Source: an uncultured Acidobacteriota bacterium (GTDB lineage Bacteria; Acidobacteriota; Terriglobia; Acidiferrales; UBA7541). Taken from it: a stretch of DNA of 64,000 nucleotides. Under the pieces are notes generated by a model. It had not been told where the DNA came from. It worked only from the letters and a program-made list of their open reading frames with translations, and searched no databases. How positions within the stretch are numbered: position 1 is the first letter of the stretch; each line of letters starts with the position of its first letter. Of this stretch, positions 46,336 to 54,688 are shown piece after piece. Location: assembly GCA_963781005.1 (NCBI GenBank), contig CAWADX010000002.1, positions 852,703-916,702 of the forward strand, given 5' to 3'. The translations under genes were made by a program, and so were the position numbers.

Positions 46336-46404
46336 AATCTCATCGCCCTTTGCGCTGACTGTCACCGAGCAATCCATCTGCGTATACGAGCGCAAAGCAG
46401 ATGA
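46336..46404 (+). pseudogene. 3' remnant of a second HNH endonuclease gene
   Basis: NLIALCADCHRAIHLRIRAQSR*, compared with NLITLCADCHRAAHLRLGLRR* at 45541-45606. Confidence 0.6.
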
Positions 46405-46665
46405 CATGCCGGTAGGTTGGGGCGAAAATCCCGGAACAGGGGCAGCAACAAGCACGGTCGAGCCACTCGGTCGAGACCCTCTTCCCAGGCTCTTAATCGC
46501 TAACCTTCTCTCTTTACTAGATTTACGGGCTTGGCCGATAGAACAGGTGTCAGGCGTCCCCCGGACAGGTTAACCCAACTGGACTTCTTCGCGGCTCCCG
46601 ACCAGTCGTCTTATGTCAACACAATCCTCCATCATGCACGCGTGAGAAGGGAAAGGATTTACAGC

Positions 46666-49600
46666 ATGGGGGGAAACAGAATGAGAGTTACCAACTACCG
46701 ACTCCGGGCCCTGCAGAGTAGCAAGAGGCCGACAACGGGCTCGGCGGGTTTCACGGCGCGAATCAAATTCGCAACTTCGATCCTTTTGGTCATATTAATC
46801 GTGCTGATACTGTCGTCTTGCACGGCCGTAGGTGCGCCACCTCTGCAGGTCAGGACCGTCAACCTCCAGCATGGCCAGGTTGGAGCTGCTTACCAGGTCA
46901 CCGTCTACGCCAACGGCGGCACCCCGCCCTACAAGTGGAGCCTTATCCAAGGCTCGCTGCCTGCGGGCCTCACGCTCGATCCAGCCTCTGGTGTCATCAG
47001 CGGGACACCCAGCCAAGCGGGGTCTTCCACGATCATCGTGAAAGTAACCGACTCAGGCAACCAGTCCGCAGGGGGATACCTCCTTATCACGATCGCCAGA
47101 CGTCCAGCCGCGAACCCAACACTGCAAGTTTTGACTCCTGCCGTCCCCGCTGCCAAGGTTGGGGCACCTTACCAGGCCTCGCTTTCTGCCACCGGCGGCG
47201 CCCGGCCCTATAGCTGGGGCGTTGAATCGGGCTCGCTGCCTGCGGGTCTTGCGCTCGATTCGACGTCCGGCGCCATCAACGGAATGCCGAACCAGCCAGG
47301 AAATTCTTCCTTCACCGTAAAGGTGAACGACTCGACCGGCCAGACCGCTCGGCAGCCGATGGCTATGAGCGTCACTGCGACTGTGGCACCGTTGCAGATC
47401 ACGACCAGCAGTCTCGCGGGCGGTCAAGTCGGGACCTCCTATCAAGCCTCGGTGTCCGTCACCGGCGGAACGCAACCATATAGTTGGAGTATCGTCTCTG
47501 GCGCGCTGCCTTCCGGCCTCGCGCTCAATGCTGCCAGTGGCACCATCAGCGGAATGCCGAGCGCGGCGGGAAATTCTTCCTTCACCGTGAAGGTGAACGA
47601 TTCCGGCAGCCAGTCCGCACAGCAGGCGCTTGCTATCAGCGTTACTGCGGCTGTAGCACCGTTGCAGATCACAACCAGCAGCCTCGCAGGCGGCCAGGTG
47701 GGAACTTCCTACCACGGCTCGGTGTCCGTCACCGGCGGAACGCAGCCCTACAGTTGGAGTATCGTCTCGGGCGCGCTGCCTGCGAGCCTCGCGCTCAATG
47801 CAGGCAGTGGCAGCATCAGCGGCACGCCCAGCGCGGCCGGAAATTCCTCCTTCGCCGTGAAGGTGAACGATTCCGGCAGCCAGTCCGCACAGCAGGCGCT
47901 TGCTATCAGCGTCGCTGCGGCTGTGGCACCATTGCACATCACGACCAGCAGTCTTGCAGGCGGTCAAGTTGGAACTTCCTATCAAGCCTCGGTGTCCGTC
48001 ACCGGCGGAACGCAACCGTATAGTTGGAGCATCGCCTCAGGCGCGCTGCCTGCGAGCCTCGCGCTCAACGCAGCCAGTGGCGCCATCAGCGGAATGCCCA
48101 GCACGGCAGGAAATTCTTCCTTCGCCGTGAAGGTGAACGATTCCGGCAGCCAGTCCGCACAGCAGCCACTGGCGATCAGCGTCGCCGCGGCTGCTCCGTC
48201 GCCGTTGCAGATCACAACCAGCAGCCTCGCAGGCGGCCAGGTGGGAACTTCCTACCACGGCTCGGTGTCCGTCACCGGCGGAACGCAGCCCTACAGTTGG
48301 AGTATCGTCTCGGGCGCGCTGCCTGCGAGCCTCGCGCTCAATGCAGGCAGTGGCAGCATCAGCGGCACGCCCAGCGCGGCCGGAAATTCCTCCTTCGCCG
48401 TGAAGGTGAACGATTCCGGCAGCCAGTCCGCCCAGCAGGCGCTTGCTATCAGCGTTGCTGCGGCTGTAGCACCGTTGCAGATCACAACCAGCAGCCTCGC
48501 AAGCGGCCAGGTGGGAACTTCCTATCAAGCGTCGGTGTCGGTCACCGGCGGAACCCAGCCCTATAGTTGGAGTATCGCCTCGGGCGCGCTGCCTGCGAGC
48601 CTCGCGCTCAATGCAGGCAGTGGCGCCATCAGCGGAATGCCGAGCCAAGCGGGAACCTCCCCCTTCGTCGTGAACGTGGCTGACTCCGGCGGCCAGTCCG
48701 CACAGCAGCCGCTTGCTATCAGCGTCGCTGCGGCTGCAGCTCCCCCGCTTTCTGTGACCACCACTTCCCTGCCCTCTGGCCTTACGGGTCAAGCATATTC
48801 GGTAACACTACAAGCCACGGGAGGAAAGCCAGTGTACACGTGGAGCGTTGCTGCAGGACAATTGCCGCCGGGCATACAGCTAACAGCATCCAACGGGCAA
48901 ATCACCGGCACAGCCACTACGACCGGTCAGTACAATTGCACGGTCCAAGTAACGGATTCTTCGTCACCAACACAGACAGCGCTGCAAGCGCTGACCCTGA
49001 GCGTTGCAGCGAGCCAGGCCGGCAGCGATCCAAACCTGCCGACGCTGCCCCAGAAGCAGGTTGACGTGACCATGCCGGACACGACGGGATACACCGTGAT
49101 CGCGGTTACGGACACCGGCAATCCTGTAGTGAATGGCACTAACTTACAAGCTGCCATCAACAACGCGAGTTGCAGCCCGAACGGGACGACTCTGCAATTG
49201 CAGCATGGGGCTTCCTTCATGGGCGCATTCAACCTGCCCAACAAGTCTTGCGCTCCTGGGCAGTGGATCCTGATCGAGTCCGATGCCTCGCCCAGCGTTT
49301 TGCCGGTAGCGGGTGTCCGAGTCAAACCCTCTGACGCAACCAACATGCCTACCATCATCGAGAATCAATATGGAATGCCGGCCTTCACGGTAGCCATGGC
49401 GGCCACCAACTATCGCCTGATGTTCCTGGAAATCAAGGTGTTGGAGACCTTGACGGCTGGTTCACCCGGGGCCATCGTGGCGATTGGGAGCGGAAGCAGT
49501 GCACAGAATACCGCCGCTCTTCAGCCCAGCAACATCATCCTAGACCGCGTCTACATCCATGGCAGCGACAATCCCCCGCTCAACACCCAGCGAGGGATCG

Positions 49601-50673
49601 AAATGGAGTGCCAATACTGTGCGGTCATCAATTCCTACATCAGCGAGATTCATTGGGTAGGAGTCGAAGCCCAAGCTATCGCCGCCTATAACTCGACCGG
49701 TCCTTGGCTCGTGGATAACAACTATCTTTCTGCGGCGGGAGAAAACATCCTGGTCGGTGGAGCGACTACGACGATTCCCAACGCCGTTCCTTCCGACCTT
49801 ACCATCACTCACAACTATTTCTTCAAGCCTTTGAGCTGGAACTACCGCGCCCTGGGGAAACCATCCGGATGTAGCGATTGTTGGACGGTCAAGAACATCC
49901 TGGAACTGAAGATCGCGCAGCGCGTTCTGATCCAGGCCAACGTTTTCGAGAACAACTGGGTAGACGCTCAAGATGGATTCGCATTCTTGATTACCCCGCG
50001 GTCCCAATTCGGTACGGTGCCTTGGGCAGTCGTACAGGACGTGACGTTCACCTATAACATCATGCGTCACACCGCTAGTGGGATGAACATCGCTGGTCAA
50101 GATGCCGGCGACCCTCCTCAGTTGATTCGTGGCAAGCGCGTGCTGATTCAGAACAGCCTGTTTGACGACGTGAACGGCCCGGCTTACGGAGGAGGAGACG
50201 GAAGGCTCTTCCAGATACTGGGCGCCGCCGATGCGATTACCATCGACCACAATACGGGTTTCCAGAGCAACCAGATCGTGATTGTGGACGGTGGCCCCAC
50301 CACCAACTTCGTCTTCCAGAACAACCTCAACCCCCACAATCTCTACGGTGTCTACGGCAACAATGTGGGATCAGGGCTCCCCGCCTTCAACACCTATTTC
50401 CCCGGCTACGTGTTCAGCTTCAACGTCATCGAGAATATCGCCCAGGGCGGATTATCGCCCTCCGCCTATCCGCCGAACAACTTCTTCCCGGCTACATGGA
50501 CCGATGTGGGGTTTGCCAATCAAGCCGAGGGGGACTATCGGCTATGCCAGGGGGCAAGCAATCCGATAGCGAGCTGTCCCGGTGCCAGCCAGTACGCCAA
50601 CTCGGGCAGCGACGCCAAGAACATTGGCGCGGATATCGCGGGCCTGAACGCGGCGATCGCCGGAGTCATGTGA
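46666..50673 (+). CDS. giant surface lipoprotein: eight Ig-like (putative Ig / cadherin-like) repeats plus C-terminal beta-helix-like domain
   Basis: Track ORF 46531..50673, with a probable start at ATG 46666 or 46681. Lipobox-like LILSSC. ~90-aa repeats containing GxxYxxxxxxxGGxxPYxWS...LPxGL...SGxISGxP. The C-terminal ~540 aa is shared with 56227-58059. Confidence 0.75.
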   Translation: MGGNRMRVTNYRLRALQSSKRPTTGSAGFTARIKFATSILLVILIVLILSSCTAVGAPPLQVRTVNLQHGQVGAAYQVTVYANGGTPPYKWSLIQGSLPAGLTLDPASGVISGTPSQAGSSTIIVKVTDSGNQSAGGYLLITIARRPAANPTLQVLTPAVPAAKVGAPYQASLSATGGARPYSWGVESGSLPAGLALDSTSGAINGMPNQPGNSSFTVKVNDSTGQTARQPMAMSVTATVAPLQITTSSLAGGQVGTSYQASVSVTGGTQPYSWSIVSGALPSGLALNAASGTISGMPSAAGNSSFTVKVNDSGSQSAQQALAISVTAAVAPLQITTSSLAGGQVGTSYHGSVSVTGGTQPYSWSIVSGALPASLALNAGSGSISGTPSAAGNSSFAVKVNDSGSQSAQQALAISVAAAVAPLHITTSSLAGGQVGTSYQASVSVTGGTQPYSWSIASGALPASLALNAASGAISGMPSTAGNSSFAVKVNDSGSQSAQQPLAISVAAAAPSPLQITTSSLAGGQVGTSYHGSVSVTGGTQPYSWSIVSGALPASLALNAGSGSISGTPSAAGNSSFAVKVNDSGSQSAQQALAISVAAAVAPLQITTSSLASGQVGTSYQASVSVTGGTQPYSWSIASGALPASLALNAGSGAISGMPSQAGTSPFVVNVADSGGQSAQQPLAISVAAAAAPPLSVTTTSLPSGLTGQAYSVTLQATGGKPVYTWSVAAGQLPPGIQLTASNGQITGTATTTGQYNCTVQVTDSSSPTQTALQALTLSVAASQAGSDPNLPTLPQKQVDVTMPDTTGYTVIAVTDTGNPVVNGTNLQAAINNASCSPNGTTLQLQHGASFMGAFNLPNKSCAPGQWILIESDASPSVLPVAGVRVKPSDATNMPTIIENQYGMPAFTVAMAATNYRLMFLEIKVLETLTAGSPGAIVAIGSGSSAQNTAALQPSNIILDRVYIHGSDNPPLNTQRGIEMECQYCAVINSYISEIHWVGVEAQAIAAYNSTGPWLVDNNYLSAAGENILVGGATTTIPNAVPSDLTITHNYFFKPLSWNYRALGKPSGCSDCWTVKNILELKIAQRVLIQANVFENNWVDAQDGFAFLITPRSQFGTVPWAVVQDVTFTYNIMRHTASGMNIAGQDAGDPPQLIRGKRVLIQNSLFDDVNGPAYGGGDGRLFQILGAADAITIDHNTGFQSNQIVIVDGGPTTNFVFQNNLNPHNLYGVYGNNVGSGLPAFNTYFPGYVFSFNVIENIAQGGLSPSAYPPNNFFPATWTDVGFANQAEGDYRLCQGASNPIASCPGASQYANSGSDAKNIGADIAGLNAAIAGVM
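46837..49015 (+). repeat. in-frame tandem repeat array, eight ~270-bp units (five highly similar units at 47386-48738)
   Basis: The units are read directly from the protein. One 90-aa unit (PLQITTSSLAGGQVGTSYHGSVSV...AISVAAAVA) occurs twice with identical amino-acid sequence, ~540 bp apart. Confidence 0.9.
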
Positions 50674-50753
50674 TTCCCAGTCCGTTCGGCCGCTGGAATT
50701 GATCGGCTGGATTGTAATATGTGGGAAGCGCTAGGTGATTTGCAACGAAGTTG

Positions 50754-50781
50754 AGGCCCGGGCAGTTCACCGCCCGGGCCT
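50754..50781. terminator. perfect 10-bp GC-rich hairpin between convergent genes
   Basis: AGGCCCGGGC-agttcacc-GCCCGGGCCT. Overlaps the stop codon of the glycosyltransferase gene. Confidence 0.55.
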
Positions 50782-51825
50782 ACCGCCTCCCAGGTCGAGC
50801 AGCTCTTGATAGAACTCCAGAACGGACTGCAAGTTTCTGTCGTCGACGGCCGGTGAGGCCTGGGGCACTCGCCGCCTTTGGAGAGTCTCCAGTATCGCGC
50901 GGTGGAGTGCGCCTTGATCGGAGATTGGAACGAGGATCACTCCGTCGGGGCGAAAGACGGTCTCGGATGCGATCACGGGTACCCCGAGATGCAAAGCCTC
51001 CCGGACGCTGATCGAATCGCCATCATATAGAGTGGTCCGGATCATAACGTCGGCATCGGCGATGGCCCGCAGCGTGACGGGGTGAGGGACGTCCCCGCAC
51101 AGCAAGATGTGATCCCGGTAGGGCCGCGCTGCAATCTCTTCACGTAACTTCGCCTCGATGCTCCCGCTCCCGATGATGGCCAGGCCCGCGTCCGGAATGA
51201 CCTGACGGAGATCGCCTAGCATACGAATTTGAAGGGGGAGATCGTACTCGGACTCGAGACCGCTCACGCTTACGATGACCGGCCGGTGCGAATCATAGAA
51301 CTCCCGAAGCGGCTTGGGGAGTGCGCCTGCGGGTTCCGGTGCGGGAGCGCAGGGCACAATCAGCCGAATGTTTTTCGCCCGAACGCCTAGCCGTTGGAAA
51401 AAATCCACCAATTCCTGGTTCACGCCGATCAGGCCGTCGAGCCTGCGGAGGACTATGCCTTTCAAGCCGTTGGGCCGGGCTGCGCATCCCTCCGGGGATG
51501 AGGGGTAGCCGCCGGAATGAAACGTGAGAACCACTTTCTTTCCCGGTATCCAGGAACACACCAAGCCGAGCAGGAGCCAACGAAGCGACAGGTTCCCGCC
51601 GACTTGCAAGTGTGCAACGTCATAGCGCCGCCGCAAGAGCAGCCAGAGGACGCCGAGCGCCGACCGAGGGTAGAAGACGCCGCCGCCATCCCGCTTCCTG
51701 TACCTGGTCAGATTGATCACTTCACAGGAAATTCCCTGGCGCACGAGGAAGTCACGCAGCGCCACAAGGTGGGTCTGCACTCCGCCATGGGGAGGAGGGT
51801 AAGCGCCGAGGAAAAGAACCCTCAT
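50767..51825 (-). CDS. glycosyltransferase family 4-like
   Basis: MRVLFLGAYPPPHGGVQTH N-terminus. C-terminal DGDSISVREALHLGVPVIASE (the EX7E-type region). Confidence 0.75.
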   Translation of the reverse strand: MRVLFLGAYPPPHGGVQTHLVALRDFLVRQGISCEVINLTRYRKRDGGGVFYPRSALGVLWLLLRRRYDVAHLQVGGNLSLRWLLLGLVCSWIPGKKVVLTFHSGGYPSSPEGCAARPNGLKGIVLRRLDGLIGVNQELVDFFQRLGVRAKNIRLIVPCAPAPEPAGALPKPLREFYDSHRPVIVSVSGLESEYDLPLQIRMLGDLRQVIPDAGLAIIGSGSIEAKLREEIAARPYRDHILLCGDVPHPVTLRAIADADVMIRTTLYDGDSISVREALHLGVPVIASETVFRPDGVILVPISDQGALHRAILETLQRRRVPQASPAVDDRNLQSVLEFYQELLDLGGGRPGR

Positions 51826-51888
51826 TGAGTTGGATCTTCCAGAAGTAACTCGAGATCAAGCTCGCAAAATGCCTATGTCGCGCTACGT

Positions 51889-52668
51889 TCAACTCATGAA
51901 GGCAGACCGGATCTCTTCGTAGATCTCGTTTCCGAGGAGATGTTTTGCGCCGGATAGAATGGCCGCCTTCACTCGACGCTCGAGTAGCCCCTTGCCTTTG
52001 CAAAGACGGTCGAACCCAACGATCGTCGTTCCGCGCATCACAACCAGACGCGCCAACCGAAAGCGATCGGCTTTCTCGGAATTGATTCCCGCACGACTGG
52101 TAGCAACGGAACGGTAACCAACCTCCCCGGCCATACGCGCGACATCCGGGCTCCAAGAGCCGAACGGGCAGGAAAAGTGCTCCACGGGTATGCCAAGCAC
52201 CTGCTCGAGCTGAGCCTTCGACTCGGCCAGTTCGGCCCGCAAGCGCTCGGGAGAAAGATCCGTGAGATGGACATGGTTGATGGAGTGGCTTCCGACCTCA
52301 AAGTTCAAGTTTGCAAGCTCCTTGAGCTGAGGGAGCGACAAATACCCCCGAACTCCGAGGTAACGCACAACGATGTAGAACGTAGCATTAAATCCAGCCT
52401 CTCTGAGGAGCGGCCCGGCTGCGAGAAGATCACTCTCACAGCCATCGTCAAAGGTAATTGCGACCCCGGGTTGCTCCCGGTCTGAATTGAGAAGTGCCTC
52501 ACCCACACCCATGCCGCGAAACCCGCTTTCCTTGAGCCTGGCGAGCTGGGCTCGAAAATCGCACTGGTCGACGACATAACGGACGTAGCTGTTGTCGTTC
52601 TGGCAGAGCTTCCGACCTGGTAGTTGGAGTTCGTGGTACATCAGATAGACTGTGCCGGCTCTCGACAC
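51889..52668 (-). CDS. polysaccharide deacetylase (NodB homology domain)
   Basis: VAITFDDGCESD and VGSHSINHVHL motifs. The start abuts the stop of the upstream PHP gene. Confidence 0.8.
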   Translation of the reverse strand: MSRAGTVYLMYHELQLPGRKLCQNDNSYVRYVVDQCDFRAQLARLKESGFRGMGVGEALLNSDREQPGVAITFDDGCESDLLAAGPLLREAGFNATFYIVVRYLGVRGYLSLPQLKELANLNFEVGSHSINHVHLTDLSPERLRAELAESKAQLEQVLGIPVEHFSCPFGSWSPDVARMAGEVGYRSVATSRAGINSEKADRFRLARLVVMRGTTIVGFDRLCKGKGLLERRVKAAILSGAKHLLGNEIYEEIRSAFMS

Positions 52669-53463
52669 CTAGAAGAGCCTCCTCAGTTGCGCCTTGATCG
52701 AGGCCGGAACCGCAAGGCCAAAATGTTCCATCAACTCCTTCACACTAGTCATCCACTTGCGCACCCGAACAGACCGTCCGTGGACTACAGAGAAGCGCTG
52801 CAACAACGGCTCGGGTATATCGCCAGTTGACGGCAGCCTAAGGTCACCCTTACTGGCGAAGTAATCGCCGCGCGCGAGAGCGCCCAGGATCGCGTCGCGT
52901 GAGGGTGCCTCGAGCTGAATTACATTGACGAGGCTACGGAACTGGTTCTTCCAGTGAAGATCGACCCCGTAGAACGCGCGCATCTTGGGTTTTCGTTGCT
53001 GCAGTCGATGCAGCAGTGCGGTCGTCCCGGGCCGGGGTGCGTACTGACCATCGTACTTGGAGTTCCAAGTCTCAATGCCGTCCGGGAGCACCCGGAAAGT
53101 TTCGATCCACGAAAATGCGGCATCCTTAGGGTGCGCGATAACCGAAAGCCCGCGCTCACTCCCGATGTGGCGGATCACCTCTTGTGGGTCTTGAGTGGCC
53201 ACCGGAGATGTCACGCCATAACCCAGAACATGCATGCGGTTCTCGCACTCGTACTCCAGGCCTGGCACGAAGAGAAAACCTTCGTCGGAGAAAGAATCGC
53301 ATTCGCGGACGTACGCTCTCAGCTTGTTGTCATCAAAGGCTTCGGCGTGGTCAGTGACACAAGCAAAGGCACAGCCATCGGAGACGAGAGCGTCCCGAAG
53401 CTCTTGAAGGGTGAACTCCCCGTCCGAGTAAGTACTATGGATGTGAATAACCCCTTTCAGCAT
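52669..53463 (-). CDS. PHP domain metal-dependent phosphoesterase
   Basis: MLKGVIHIHSTYSDGEFTLQEL (HxH) and later VTDHAEAF. Confidence 0.7.
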   Translation of the reverse strand: MLKGVIHIHSTYSDGEFTLQELRDALVSDGCAFACVTDHAEAFDDNKLRAYVRECDSFSDEGFLFVPGLEYECENRMHVLGYGVTSPVATQDPQEVIRHIGSERGLSVIAHPKDAAFSWIETFRVLPDGIETWNSKYDGQYAPRPGTTALLHRLQQRKPKMRAFYGVDLHWKNQFRSLVNVIQLEAPSRDAILGALARGDYFASKGDLRLPSTGDIPEPLLQRFSVVHGRSVRVRKWMTSVKELMEHFGLAVPASIKAQLRRLF

Positions 53464-54688
53464 GCGCGTTCTTTTTCGCCTTCGACTTCCTCTTCGTGAA
53501 AAGACGGAGGCATCTCAGCGCGTAATCGACTCCGTCCCCCACAGCGGGCAGGGGGTCGCACCATTCCAGATTATCGTGGAAAGTGCCCGGCACCGGCGCC
53601 AGGAATGACCAGAGAGTTTCCAATCGCTTGGGGAACTTCCCCGGATATCCGCGCGGTGGGCCCAGCCAGACTTCGATCAGGTGGCGAGCGTCACCCAGAA
53701 GCCAACGACAGCGCACACCAACGCGGTAGACGGGTGGAGTGTCGATGTCGCCCCGCGCCGCCATCTCAACCAGGAGGGCTGGGAAGTCCACACCGGAGTG
53801 AACGGCCAAGGCCAGAGAAAGCCAGAAACGCCCGTTCACCTCTAGGAACACCACCGTGCCGTCGGGGCGAACACGAAATTCCACCATGGCCACACCATGC
53901 CACTTGAGCGCGTGTAGGATGGCCAGCCCCGCCTCGCGCAATCTGGGATCGGGCTTGACGCTGACCCGCAAAGAGCTCCCAGAACCCGTTGGGCGGACGT
54001 CTCTCAAGCGACGATGGGCGAACTCAGCTCTTAATTCTCCCTCCCGCATCAGGGCGAAGTATCCGCAACCCGCGCCTTCGACGAATTCTTGCGACAGTAC
54101 CTGGGAGCATCGTTTGCGCAGGCTGTCGTAAGCTATGAGAAACTCCTTCGTATCGCGCGCGTACAGCGGTCGACCAGTGCCCGTAACTTCACCCGCGGAG
54201 GAAACCTCCTCAGATGCCCGGGGCTTCAAGACTACGGGATACGATACCTTCTCAGCAGTCTCGCGGGCCTCAATGATGTCCGAAATGTGCACCGTATGGG
54301 GTACAGCAATGCCCAGCGACTCGGCGAGCCGCGTCGTCTGCTGCTTATCGAAAGCGCGCAACACGGTGGCGTGGGGTGGCAGCACCAGGCGTCCGCCCGC
54401 CGCGAAAATGGTCTCCCGACGCAGCGAAAGCGGTAACGTGGTGAACTCGGTCATGGGTAAGACGATGGTGCCCGGATGTCGCGCCACCTCTTGCGCAATA
54501 CGCCGAACGAATGCTTCCATGTCCAATTCGGGGGGCGGGTAAATGAAAGTTCCACAACAGTAGCGGGACCAGCCCGCTTTCGACCACGACGATGACGCAC
54601 CGACCACTACAGCGTGCCCGGCACGACTGAGCGAGCGCACGCTGGTCACCGCCTGGTTCTCGTTACCATCCAGTACGAGAACTCTCAT
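53435..54688 (-). CDS. ATP-grasp domain protein (carboxylate-amine ligase type)
   Basis: YPVVLKPRASE and VAMVEFRVRPDGTVVFLEVNGRFW (E..N metal site). Overlaps both neighbouring genes. Confidence 0.7.
   Translation of the reverse strand: MRVLVLDGNENQAVTSVRSLSRAGHAVVVGASSSWSKAGWSRYCCGTFIYPPPELDMEAFVRRIAQEVARHPGTIVLPMTEFTTLPLSLRRETIFAAGGRLVLPPHATVLRAFDKQQTTRLAESLGIAVPHTVHISDIIEARETAEKVSYPVVLKPRASEEVSSAGEVTGTGRPLYARDTKEFLIAYDSLRKRCSQVLSQEFVEGAGCGYFALMREGELRAEFAHRRLRDVRPTGSGSSLRVSVKPDPRLREAGLAILHALKWHGVAMVEFRVRPDGTVVFLEVNGRFWLSLALAVHSGVDFPALLVEMAARGDIDTPPVYRVGVRCRWLLGDARHLIEVWLGPPRGYPGKFPKRLETLWSFLAPVPGTFHDNLEWCDPLPAVGDGVDYALRCLRLFTKRKSKAKKNAHAERGYSHP

Larger units (their letters stand above)
35347..46404. 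mobile_element. degenerate phage-like / integrative-element remnant (no integrase or structural genes seen)
   Basis: Clustered phage-type functions: a P-loop replication-like protein, an annealing-protein-like gene, a Cas4/RecB-like nuclease, an HNH endonuclease and small Zn-ribbon and basic proteins. Also gene remnants, duplicated modules and AT-richer cargo. The left edge coincides with a homology breakpoint at ~35346. Confidence 0.4.

Noticed and set aside
45567-46343. Minus-strand ORF of 258 aa opposite the DUF218 gene.
   Set aside because: The plus-strand ORF carries the DUF218/YdcF motifs and an N-terminal TM segment. The minus-strand product has no recognisable features.
19497-46404. 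Search for an integrase, transposase or recombinase that would explain the mosaic structure.
   Set aside because: No ORF in the window shows tyrosine- or serine-recombinase or DDE-transposase motifs that I could recognise. Mobility therefore remains inferred from repeats and remnants only.
47386-48738. Regular ~270-bp periodic repeats considered as a possible CRISPR-like or satellite array.
   Set aside because: There are no short repeats separated by unique spacers. The units are contiguous, in frame, and encode a recognisable repeated protein domain.
47053-48792. Minus-strand ORFs 47053..48015 and 48037..48792, plus repeated plus-strand out-of-frame ORFs (47484..48023, 48024..48566).
   Set aside because: They are by-products of the in-frame Ig-like repeat array. 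They repeat only because the DNA repeats, and they have Arg/Gly-rich composition.
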